A stretch of 64,000 nucleotides of DNA, taken from the NCBI RefSeq assembly GCF_964204645.1, contig NC_134026.1, positions 18,076,150 to 18,140,149 of the forward strand, written 5' to 3'. A program made the position numbers and the translations under genes. Shown one piece after another: positions 21,442 to 30,634 of the stretch. Each line of letters opens with the position of its first letter. The stretch's first letter is position 1. A model generated the notes under the pieces. That model had not been told where the DNA came from. It worked only from the letters and a program-made list of their open reading frames with translations, and ran no database searches. This stretch comes from Tubulanus polymorphus (lineage: Eukaryota > Animalia > Nemertea).

Positions 21442-22439
21442 AATAATAATAATAATAATAATTTAATTTGTATAGCGCCCTTTTCACTGTGGAACAATGT
21501 TCAACGGCGCTTTGATAGTTAATTGTAGGCAGCTTTGAAAAGGTGAGTTTTTAATGAACACTTGAAGGTTGATGCTGATGTTTCTGATCGAATAAACGGT
21601 GGTAAAGAGTTCCAGATTTGAGGCGCAGTAACAAGAAATGAACGGCCACCGAACATTTTGAGTCGATAGGGATGTGTAGATATAAGGTCCAGTGATGCAG
21701 ATCGAAGTTGACGATTAGGCACATACGGAATAACTAGGTCACAAAGGTAACGTGGCGCTAATCCTCTGAGACAATTAAAGATAATCCAAATAAGTTTAAA
21801 GGAAATCCTAGAACGAACAGGCAACCAATGTAAGTCTCGAAGTATAGGCGTGATGTGTTGACGAATAGGAGTTAAAGTAATAATGCGAGCTGCTCTATTT
21901 TGCAGCAGTTGCAGCCTGTTTAAATACATTTCAGTATTTAATCCAATAAGACAGGAATTACAATAGTCGATACGTGAAATAACGGTAGACTGTATCAAAA
22001 GTTTGGTCGATTTAACTGTTAACTGTTTACGAACTATTCCTATGGTACGAAGATGGTAAGACGCTGATCTAATGACTGCTCTGACATGCGGCTCCATCGA
22101 TAACTGCGGATCGAACAAGACACCCAAATTACGAATTGGGACACACGTTATCGGAATAGCTACATCACCAACTGAGATCGATTCGATATCAACGGAACAC
22201 AGAGATTTTGGAGAACCGAATAGCATGGCCTCAAACTTATCGGGATTACACATTAACATATTTAATAATAACCACTGATATATATCCGACAGCTTAGTTT
22301 CGAGGCTGCGTAAAAGCACAGAACAACGCTCATGATTACATTCAAGACTCATATATACTTGCTTGTCGTCAGCGAATCCATGGCGCTGAATAATGGAGTC
22401 TTCGCGAAAAAGTTCCGCAAGCGGTAAAACATAAAACAT
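21442..22439 (-). mobile_element. 5'-truncated L2-clade LINE
   Basis: ORF 21519..22454: FADD, RNLGVLFD, SRIDYCNS, LQNRAARII, HITPILRDLHWLPV, GRSF..APQIWNSLP, LKTHLF; 3' stem AGCGCC...GGCGCT and (TTA)n tail; 7-bp TSD AATCCTT (21435..21441 and 22440..22446). Confidence 0.95.
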
Positions 22440-22515
22440 AATCCTTGTAGGCATACTGGAAAACCCGGAAACAATCGGTCCGAAACAATCATTATCCAGT
22501 GCTTAAGTGTTATCT

Positions 22516-22929
22516 CAGATCTGCAGATTATCGATATGGACCAAGAAGAAGAATCTGCAAGACTACATTTTCACGGTAGAGCTAAAGCAATGTAACATGC
22601 CCGGTAACATGTTCCTGTACACCTTCATTATACTAATTCGTTATTTATTACTCTTGCAGCACGTCTGTACTCTGTTTAACTTCATCTGCTGACCTAATTT
22701 ACTATCTTAATGTATTATTCTCAAATTCCTATCCATTCATACCTGATGAAGATGCTGTAGCATCGAAACGTCGTATTATATTCTTACATTAAACATTTAC
22801 TAATCAGTCTAAAAAAGGTGTTATTTTTCTATATATTTTGTGTACCTACTATGAGTCTATAACCTAGACATATAATAGTTTGTCATGAAGACTGTGTGAG
22901 AATTGAAACTTAGAATTCTACTTATGAGG
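22516..22929 (+). mobile_element. 414-bp Penelope-like (pLTR/retrozyme-type) insertion
   Basis: Contains a minimal hammerhead ribozyme; flanked by TATCT direct repeats (22511..22515 and 22930..22934); removing it restores a TAA stop to the adjacent gene. Confidence 0.65.
22739..22776 (+). ncRNA. Minimal type I hammerhead ribozyme
   Basis: ATAC-CTGATGA-A-GATGC(TGTA)GCATC-GAAA-CG-TC-GTAT: full catalytic core, 5-bp stem II, palindromic ACGT in place of stem III, 4-bp stem I, GUC cleavage triplet. Confidence 0.85.
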
Positions 22930-24809
22930 TATCTTGATGTGTACGGTTTCGAAATTCTCCTGCCCTTTTTATTCTTCTCAGTCTTGCTGACTTTAGGTAA
23001 AGCAGGAGCAGGAGCAACGTCAGCATTTGTGTAATCCGTATCGGTGATTTCCATCGGTTCGGATTTGATTTTAACCTTATCAAATCTGGCAGAATCCGAT
23101 GTTAATCCAAAAGATGGTACAGTAGCATCAGCACCACCTGCTTGCTCTTGTGTAATCTCACTCTTGATGGACAACAAAGTCATATCGTCCATAGTGTCAC
23201 TACCTCGAACACACTCGTTCAGAGTAAGTGGCTTGATCAGTGTATTTTTGCATTCAATACACAGACCTTGACTATGCGCACACTGTTCAATATCACAGAT
23301 AACTTGTTTAACTGTATCAATGTTCATCAGCTTGTTCATATCATGGGCGAGTTCATCCAATTTACCATCGGTCACAATTTTTATGCCGTTTGTACAGAGT
23401 TGGGTAAACAGCATCTTGTTCAATTCAGTCACTCTGCTGTATTCGTGTCTCAACTTGGCCAATTTTCGTTCCATTGTAGATTGCAAGGTTGTCAGAAGCT
23501 GGCAATCGGTCGACAGAATTTTTTCAACCAGTTCCAAGTGTTTGCGCTGACCCTTGGAGTGAGTGTCGACAAGTTTCTTTCTAGCCTCTGCTTCTAGGTG
23601 TTGAAGCTTGAAGAGAAGATATTTGTTACCTTCCATCAAGTACACGGTTTCGTTTTCGGCATTGTGGAACATAAAGTACTGCGGTTTGCTAAGTTCATTT
23701 ATGGCAGAGTTGACCCCCTGTTCCTTGGCACGCGATACTTTTTCATCAGCAGAGATGGGTACGTCGATGATCAAACTACAACCGTCTTCACTTGGCGATG
23801 CAGCGACAGGTGTGGGTTCTGTTGTGGGCATTTCGACACATACTTGTTTCGTATTTTTACAAATACAATAACAGGTACAATTGTCGGAGCGACGTTTTGG
23901 CTCGTTGATCACCAGTGGGTAAATGTTCCAATTTATGTATTCACTTTCTGCAAAACGTGCCACAGTTTCTTCAATCTTGGTCTTCTTACTTTCATCTGGT
24001 ATTTCGTTGCAGCCACTACATATCACAGTGTTTGCAGAAACATCTGTGTAATGCAAATCAACGCGTCCGGTGGGTAACGATAACTTTGCAACAATGTCCG
24101 ATGGGATTTCCACAGCGTTGATTGAAAATCCGCGCGTCTTGTTGACTTCTTGGACCAACTCGCCCATTTTCAAACTGGTTGTGTACACTATGACACACAA
24201 CTCGTAGTATTGAATCAAATTTGACAAAGTTATCATTTCAAGCCGTTTTTTGGCTGCGTTGGGAAAATTATACTCCTCAACACCGTGTGCAGCAACATGG
24301 GTATTAAATTCGTAGATGCGTTTCAAATCCTTCATTTTACGTTCACATACCTCTGCTCTTTCTGTAAAGTTTTTCATCTTTGTCCTCTCCGTTTCGTGTA
24401 GAACGTAGATTACTCTTGCTGGCTCGGGTAACGTTTTCCTGTAGGATTCGGCCTTTTTGGAGCGAGCGCTTTTCTGATGGGTAATACACAACGGAGTAGA
24501 TTGCGATTCACCAACAACAAGAACATCATCCACTGTTTCATTTAGGGTAAGATCGGAACCAGCAGCAATAGCAGCAGAGTATTTGTGATCGTCTCCATGC
24601 AATTTTAAATCCAAGTTGTGTGCGCTACCAGTCAATTTGGAAAATCCACCACCTGATAAACGATGTCTCTCTTTGGGTACAAGGTTGTCACCGCTATTGC
24701 ATCGACAAAGACAGGAACATTTGGCGTAATCCTCGAGAAATTTGAGTTTTTGGTTTTCTGTTAGAGTGTCCCAAACGAAGAACCTGTTAGTTGACTTTGG
24801 TGTTAGCAT
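22857..24809 (-). CDS. Hypothetical protein with Cys clusters and coiled-coil segments
   Basis: 650-aa ORF; the last ~24 aa come from the insertion; TATATAAA on the minus strand at ~24993..25000. Confidence 0.72.
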   Translation of the reverse strand: MLTPKSTNRFFVWDTLTENQKLKFLEDYAKCSCLCRCNSGDNLVPKERHRLSGGGFSKLTGSAHNLDLKLHGDDHKYSAAIAAGSDLTLNETVDDVLVVGESQSTPLCITHQKSARSKKAESYRKTLPEPARVIYVLHETERTKMKNFTERAEVCERKMKDLKRIYEFNTHVAAHGVEEYNFPNAAKKRLEMITLSNLIQYYELCVIVYTTSLKMGELVQEVNKTRGFSINAVEIPSDIVAKLSLPTGRVDLHYTDVSANTVICSGCNEIPDESKKTKIEETVARFAESEYINWNIYPLVINEPKRRSDNCTCYCICKNTKQVCVEMPTTEPTPVAASPSEDGCSLIIDVPISADEKVSRAKEQGVNSAINELSKPQYFMFHNAENETVYLMEGNKYLLFKLQHLEAEARKKLVDTHSKGQRKHLELVEKILSTDCQLLTTLQSTMERKLAKLRHEYSRVTELNKMLFTQLCTNGIKIVTDGKLDELAHDMNKLMNIDTVKQVICDIEQCAHSQGLCIECKNTLIKPLTLNECVRGSDTMDDMTLLSIKSEITQEQAGGADATVPSFGLTSDSARFDKVKIKSEPMEITDTDYTNADVAPAPALPKVSKTEKNKKGRRISKPYTSRYLISRILSFNSHTVFMTNYYMSRL

Positions 24810-25008
24810 TGCTGGTACAATGTCTTTTTGTTGATCTGGGTTGGTGATGTTTCCGTCAACGTTGTCAATGTTGTAATAACCTCAGAGGTCTGATAAAGTT
24901 AGAAAATATTTCGGCCCACTTTTCCACACACACACCGATATAGTTTGGCAAGAACTGGGTAGCGTATGATAGGGTACAAATCGTAACACCCATTTATATA
25001 GCCAAGAA

Positions 25009-25072
25009 AAAAACCTAACCCAACAAAAACCTAACCCAACAAAAACCTAACCCAACAAAAACCTAACCCAAC
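25009..25072 (+). repeat. Four exact 16-bp tandem repeats with telomere-like core
   Basis: (AAAAACCTAACCCAAC)x4; the reverse strand contains GGGTTAGG; similar single unit near 21105. Confidence 0.92.
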
Positions 25073-25110
25073 AAAAATGTTACAAATCGTGTCCGAACAA
25101 GTTCACGTTG

Positions 25111-25175
25111 CTTATTTCTCCTCTTGTAACCTTATTTCTCCTCTTGTAACCTTATTTCTCCTCTTGTAACCCGGG
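25111..25175 (-). repeat. hr-like repeat cluster
   Basis: (CTTATTTCTCCTCTTGTAAC)x3 exact, followed by CCGGG. Confidence 0.95.
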
Positions 25176-25397
25176 CCCCTGGGACATGTTCCCACGTAAC
25201 TTTGCATGCCAGTTTGTTTCACCAAGCTGGACATAAAATTTGCGTTTTTTCCTAGATGTTTGAGTTTTCGAAAAACTTGTGTTTTTTTCACAACCAAGTC
25301 AAAAAATAATTAACTCGAAAAATTCAATTTTACAAGTATCATATTTTTACTAAACAAATTCAGAGATTCGTTCTATTTACAAGCATACATACAATTT

Positions 25398-26564
25398 TTA
25401 CATGGTTTCATAACAAAACAAATCAATATCAGAGTTGACATCATTACAAGGGGCAACAGTTAGTCCGAATTTTTCAGCGCTTACAACCTTATATTTGCTA
25501 AAGTTATGATAAGGAACACTGATACCTGGCTTGGCAAAAATTACCAAATTGTCAATAGAGTTCCATTCAACTGAAAACGTATCTCCGGTGGGATCGTTAT
25601 TCATTAGATCGGCACCTCCGAGATAGTAGAAAAGTTTTTCACTGTTCATCACATACAGAGTTTTATATTCGGATTCTGGAACATTTGTCAAGAAGTAAGC
25701 AAGACATTTGTCACCCAAAGTAGTCCAGCAACGGTCGCAAGAATAGTCCAAGCAATCACAACAAGATATAGTAGTAATGTTTATTTTATCCAATTTCGAA
25801 ATGTATTCCTTTGACACTGTATTGTTTGTAGAAGTATCCAATTTAACGGGCGTAATGTTCACGTTTCTTCTCTCGCACAGAGGAAGAGGTGTCTTCAGCG
25901 AATCCACAATTGGGGTAAGCAACGAGGTGTGGGTAATTTCAAACCTAGCACTACCTCGACCGGAATCATCAGAGTCAATATCCATGCTATCACCGAAAAC
26001 ATCATCGTCTCCAAGCGATGTCGATAGAAGATCAATCTCGGAATCACCAATAGCAAACTTGACTTTGTTGCACTCGTAGTCTGGCGTTGATGGCTGTGGC
26101 TGTGGCTGAGTAACAGCTGCATTGTGAGTAAAGAATGTGCCGGTTTGTGTGCGTCGAAGTGTTGATGGTGTCTCGAATTGAAAGAAGTTTCCTTCTTCTT
26201 TGGCCAGTTTGCGCTTGCAATCGAAATATTTATCAATAGAGTCTTTGATTTTATTTGATGACGATCGACTATCTTTTAAACATGCGCTGGCGGCTGCACA
26301 ACTATCGTACACTGCCTTTTTCGACGGGTATTTATGTGGTATATTACACGGAGTATCTATCTCGTCTATCTCGGCGACTGTAACCTTTTTCTGTCGTTGC
26401 GGTTGATTTGACGACTGTTGATGCATGACAAAGTTCTTATGGTCGATGGTTGACTGTGCTTGCAGTTTACGTTTAGCGTCCGACAAAAGTAACGAATTTA
26501 TATTACTTTTGTTGTTCTTCTTCTGAAGTTTGTTCTTTGACAAAATGTTGGGACGAGTCTTCAT
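25398..26564 (-). CDS. Hypothetical protein with CCDC..CDRC motif
   Basis: 388-aa ATG-initiated ORF with basic N-terminus. Confidence 0.7.
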   Translation of the reverse strand: MKTRPNILSKNKLQKKNNKSNINSLLLSDAKRKLQAQSTIDHKNFVMHQQSSNQPQRQKKVTVAEIDEIDTPCNIPHKYPSKKAVYDSCAAASACLKDSRSSSNKIKDSIDKYFDCKRKLAKEEGNFFQFETPSTLRRTQTGTFFTHNAAVTQPQPQPSTPDYECNKVKFAIGDSEIDLLSTSLGDDDVFGDSMDIDSDDSGRGSARFEITHTSLLTPIVDSLKTPLPLCERRNVNITPVKLDTSTNNTVSKEYISKLDKINITTISCCDCLDYSCDRCWTTLGDKCLAYFLTNVPESEYKTLYVMNSEKLFYYLGGADLMNNDPTGDTFSVEWNSIDNLVIFAKPGISVPYHNFSKYKVVSAEKFGLTVAPCNDVNSDIDLFCYETM

Positions 26565-26693
26565 ATTTTCTTAAGTGTTGTAGTAACTCGTAAGAAGTGC
26601 AAGGAACGAATGAGTTATTCTTTTGTATCTATACAGAATGTCCGAAGGGTTACAAAAAATGTATACTTCTACAAGTCCAAAATTTTCCTAACT

Positions 26694-28157
26694 TTATTTA
26701 GTTACCACTACTTTTTTCGTACTCCCGAACAAAGAAATGTGTCCAAAACCATTTTTCTGCCTAGTTATGCTGTCTCTGATCAGATCCTTGTGGTCTTTGC
26801 AATCACAACCGCCAACATTGTCAGATTTTCTGCTATCTTTTGAAAATGTATACACTAAACGCGATAGAGTCTGTGCTCGAGTAACTCGGCTATTTTGAAA
26901 CTTGGCTATAGCAGCCATATCAAAAGATAGCCTCCTGTTACCCAATACATTACTCTTTGTTTCCACAAGCCACCATGCTCTGTGAATATCTTCAATAGAG
27001 ATATTATCCATTTGTGTGAGATCGATAAAAGTCTGTTCATTTACGGACAAGATATCTTCATTTCCATTGCCTGTGTCATCGCGATCCGTGGTTGTAGCAC
27101 TGTTACTGCTACTGTCTTCGATTGACTTTAGTTTTTGAAATACACAATTGCATTTGAATCGCAAACGTTGCTCAATCTCGTCCGTCTGACCATAAGTTAC
27201 AAAATGCATTTTACACCTTGGACAAATTCTAGTTTTTGTTATACTGGTAATGTTAGAAGCGTTGATGGGTCCGGGTTCTGTTAACTTTTTGGAGACGTTT
27301 CCTTCCTCCTCTGGGTATGTTGGAGTAATTGTGCCAGCCAAATCTTCTACAACAATTTCAAACGAATCCAGCATGGCCGTATATTTCACCAAATCGTTGG
27401 TTCGGGTATTATACCGGACTATAGCAAATGGGTTAAGTTGAGCAAATTCGGAATCATCCGCTGTTTTGACTTGTTTTTTACCTAGCATCATGTCGAGCTG
27501 CTCTGAAATCATTTCTACATACATTCTTCTCAGTATATCGGACACTGTTAACAAATTTGACACGCCACCGGTCGGGTGATAAACAGAAACGTGGTCTATA
27601 CCTCGGTGAAGTCCTCTTTTAAACTTTTCATATTTATAAATTTGATCTGGGTAAAGTAAAATTCTAAAAAATGTCATTTGCACATTTCGATATGATTGTC
27701 TTTGTGACATGGTCATATGTACTATGCCTCCATTTCTCCAATGGGGTACGTAAAAGGACGAGTTTTTCACGTAGTCTGTATAGAATCGATATGCTGTGTA
27801 AACTCGTTCTGTGGCTACATATGCAGAGTAGAATTCATTTTTGCCGATATAGGTGATTTTGTTATCTTCGACTGTGTTGTCGAAAATCTTGTGTTGACCT
27901 ATAACGTTTCTCCATTCGTTATCAAGGGTAAGTAAGGCATTTTGTAGCACCTCTATAAATGTTACCAGTCTACGGATAAATTGGTCTCTATGACCGGTAG
28001 TGGTGAAAAATACCAAGTCGGGCAAAAGAGAACTCAGAGTTTTCATAGCTTGTATAAATTCTGCCCAATCGTTGACACAAGATTGTGCCAGAGCATCGTA
28101 TACGTTTATTTTACAATTCATTTTAACAAGCAGCACGAGATAGAAAGTAAAGTTCAT
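26694..28157 (-). CDS. Hypothetical protein with zinc-ribbon-like CPRC...CNC motif
   Basis: 487-aa ORF. Confidence 0.72.
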   Translation of the reverse strand: MNFTFYLVLLVKMNCKINVYDALAQSCVNDWAEFIQAMKTLSSLLPDLVFFTTTGHRDQFIRRLVTFIEVLQNALLTLDNEWRNVIGQHKIFDNTVEDNKITYIGKNEFYSAYVATERVYTAYRFYTDYVKNSSFYVPHWRNGGIVHMTMSQRQSYRNVQMTFFRILLYPDQIYKYEKFKRGLHRGIDHVSVYHPTGGVSNLLTVSDILRRMYVEMISEQLDMMLGKKQVKTADDSEFAQLNPFAIVRYNTRTNDLVKYTAMLDSFEIVVEDLAGTITPTYPEEEGNVSKKLTEPGPINASNITSITKTRICPRCKMHFVTYGQTDEIEQRLRFKCNCVFQKLKSIEDSSSNSATTTDRDDTGNGNEDILSVNEQTFIDLTQMDNISIEDIHRAWWLVETKSNVLGNRRLSFDMAAIAKFQNSRVTRAQTLSRLVYTFSKDSRKSDNVGGCDCKDHKDLIRDSITRQKNGFGHISLFGSTKKVVVTK

Positions 28158-28193
28158 TGGGTAAATGTGGCTAACTACAGCAAATGTAAAAAA

Positions 28194-28643
28194 CTACCAG
28201 AGAGATCTGTACTCTATGTATTCAGAGAGGGTATGAGCATCGAATGGAGCGTCATATTCACAGTCTGAACAATAATCTGGCTCATATGGATGGTCTCTGT
28301 GATTTTTATTGCAGAAGAGAATGGCTTTCATTCTTTCTACTGTCCAGTGATCGCGTAGATAGTCAATTTCTTCGTCGCCTGACGCTGAGGAATATATCGT
28401 ATATCGGTCATCATCACTGCTACTATCATCACTGCTGTCTTCCTCGTCATCTGTTTCATCTTCCATATCATATTCATCTGTTGTTTCACCAGTTTCAACA
28501 TCGATGACATTTCCAACATTATTTAAGTCAAAATAAATTTTCTGTGCAGCAATTGGAGATTTTGGCGCAGAGACTTGAGAAATCGGTACATTCTCTTCAA
28601 CTTGTTCTGTTAATTTTTGTAACTCGTTTTCCGAACCGGACAT
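28194..28643 (-). CDS. Small acidic protein
   Basis: 149 aa, D/E tract, C..H..H..CxxC; AAAATG start and upstream TATATAAA. Confidence 0.65.
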   Translation of the reverse strand: MSGSENELQKLTEQVEENVPISQVSAPKSPIAAQKIYFDLNNVGNVIDVETGETTDEYDMEDETDDEEDSSDDSSSDDDRYTIYSSASGDEEIDYLRDHWTVERMKAILFCNKNHRDHPYEPDYCSDCEYDAPFDAHTLSEYIEYRSLW

Positions 28644-28976
28644 TTTTGTAACTTTTTGGTTACTTTTACTTTATATTGAAGAGATGTGTTCAGTTTTAAC
28701 AAGGGTAACGAAATGTGCGTACTACAGCGGACTTGGTGATTTTATATAATTTGAGCGGGTAACCTCGTTTTTTCCTCACCCTTTAACCCACCAAAAAACA
28801 AATGGAACGATAAAAACATCTATTACAGCCCAAAAAAACGTGTTTTGTCACCTTTTATTTTCTTATTGTAATTGAAGAGTTATGCAAACAAAGTCAGAAG
28901 TTAGTCTAGACACGAAAATTTTGTTTATCTTGAGATTGTTCCTTTTCTCTCACTTCATTTCACACAGTCAGTCGTC

Positions 28977-29531
28977 ATGGGTCTCACTGAAAACGAGTTG
29001 ATCGCCATATTACTTGTGGTGTCAAATGCAATCATGGTTTTCATTTTAGACATAATTATAGTGATGTTATATTACCTGAAGAAGGACTTTCATCATTTAC
29101 GAAAATCTATCACCGATCCAATTGATCACTCACCTACTATCGTGTTCAAGCAACCACCTCAACCAACACCGACATGTCATCCGCCACAACGGTCTTGCTG
29201 CTTTAGATCTGGAAGCGCATCAACTCACACTAATGGACATGGAAATGGTGTCAACTTCTTTACGTTTCCACCGACACCTCGATTGACAACACGACATAAA
29301 CTCAGACAACACAGTAACTCGTTCAATGGTCATCTACCACCAATACCGGCAAGAGAAGAAGAGATCAACAGCGAATTTATAAGTAACAATAACAATATAA
29401 GCACTATCAAGAGATCAAATACATTACCCAGTAACGGACTTGTTAGATCGAACAAATGGCCATTACATAGACAAAATAGCGATTCATCAAATACTAATGA
29501 TATTCCGTTACTACCCATGAAAACACGATAA
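28977..29531 (+). CDS. Single-pass membrane protein with N-terminal TM
   Basis: LIAILLVVSNAIMVFILDIIIVMLYYL followed by KK and a disordered P-rich tail. Confidence 0.72.
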   Translation: MGLTENELIAILLVVSNAIMVFILDIIIVMLYYLKKDFHHLRKSITDPIDHSPTIVFKQPPQPTPTCHPPQRSCCFRSGSASTHTNGHGNGVNFFTFPPTPRLTTRHKLRQHSNSFNGHLPPIPAREEEINSEFISNNNNISTIKRSNTLPSNGLVRSNKWPLHRQNSDSSNTNDIPLLPMKTR

Positions 29532-29641
29532 AGGCGAGAACAGTAATTGTAACGGAGCTGTTGCCCATTCTTTGATTTATGCTGAAATTGGAGATTAGGT
29601 AAAAATGTCATTCGTAAGGCATTGAAAGTAAATTTGTAAAT

Positions 29642-30601
29642 ATGGCTGTAAACTGGATACTTGATCGTATAGCCGGTTTCGGCATGTATCATATAAATTT
29701 TATAGAAGATTTAAAAATGTTGTATTTTGATATAAAATCGAAAAATAACCGTGGAAGTGTTGGTGAAAATTCAACAAATGCCGATATAGACTTTTTGTTA
29801 ACGGATTCAGACGTGTTGTGTATGGATATGCGGACAATGTTGTATAGAGACGCTAGAAAAAACGTGGTAGATGCTTTAGCTATCGACTATATCAATCTTG
29901 GAGAAAATGTGGACTGCTTATTCAAAATGTTACAAGATATGGATGTGGATCAATCCTTAATTACCCATTACGCGGTGTTGATCACTTCCAAACCAAATGT
30001 ACCCAAAGAAGTTTACGACAATTTGTATATAAACTGGAAAAAGTGCAAGGACTTGTTGCCGTTGTTAAAAGTAAAACAACGCATGCAACAGAATGGTAAA
30101 GTGGTTGCAGCAGATACAGGGAATGAAGAAAACATTTACGACGTATGTCACTTGTCGTTCTATGCGGCTTTGAACCAGTTTACACCACAAGCTACGGTCG
30201 GCAGTGTTTCGGAAGCTGTCAGTAAGCTACTGGTGGACGTCAACAAAAAGGCCAAGATTTCAGAGATAACTCATAAGGGATTCCACATGATGAACAAGAT
30301 CGAAACCGAACGCGATGGCGACGAAAGACGATTGCCGCCGGTTACGAATTTACCCTCGAACAAATTAGTTACAAATTTTTCGGGCCAAGATTCATCCGAG
30401 ACAGAGTCGTACGGAAGCGGAGTGAGTTTACCATTGTTACCCAGTGTGCCACGAAATGGACCAGGAAGTACGGTTAGTGATACGTCACTTTCCTCACCCG
30501 AGTTACAAAATACAACAGAACCCCCCAGGGGTTATGAAAAAAAGTATAAAAGCAAAAGGGGAGCAAAGTTACTTTCAGATGGTGGTCAGTTTTTGGTTTA
30601 A
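29642..30601 (+). CDS. Hypothetical viral protein
   Basis: 319-aa ORF, first of a tightly packed co-oriented cluster. Confidence 0.72.
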   Translation: MAVNWILDRIAGFGMYHINFIEDLKMLYFDIKSKNNRGSVGENSTNADIDFLLTDSDVLCMDMRTMLYRDARKNVVDALAIDYINLGENVDCLFKMLQDMDVDQSLITHYAVLITSKPNVPKEVYDNLYINWKKCKDLLPLLKVKQRMQQNGKVVAADTGNEENIYDVCHLSFYAALNQFTPQATVGSVSEAVSKLLVDVNKKAKISEITHKGFHMMNKIETERDGDERRLPPVTNLPSNKLVTNFSGQDSSETESYGSGVSLPLLPSVPRNGPGSTVSDTSLSSPELQNTTEPPRGYEKKYKSKRGAKLLSDGGQFLV

Positions 30602-30634
30602 TAGGTACTTGCAACATCAACAATACGTTACAAA

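Noticed and set aside
20223-22454. Reverse transcriptases as a viral retron or DGR-like system
   Set aside because: Both are 5'-truncated at the FADD motif, with LINE tails and TSDs; they are ordinary host insertions.
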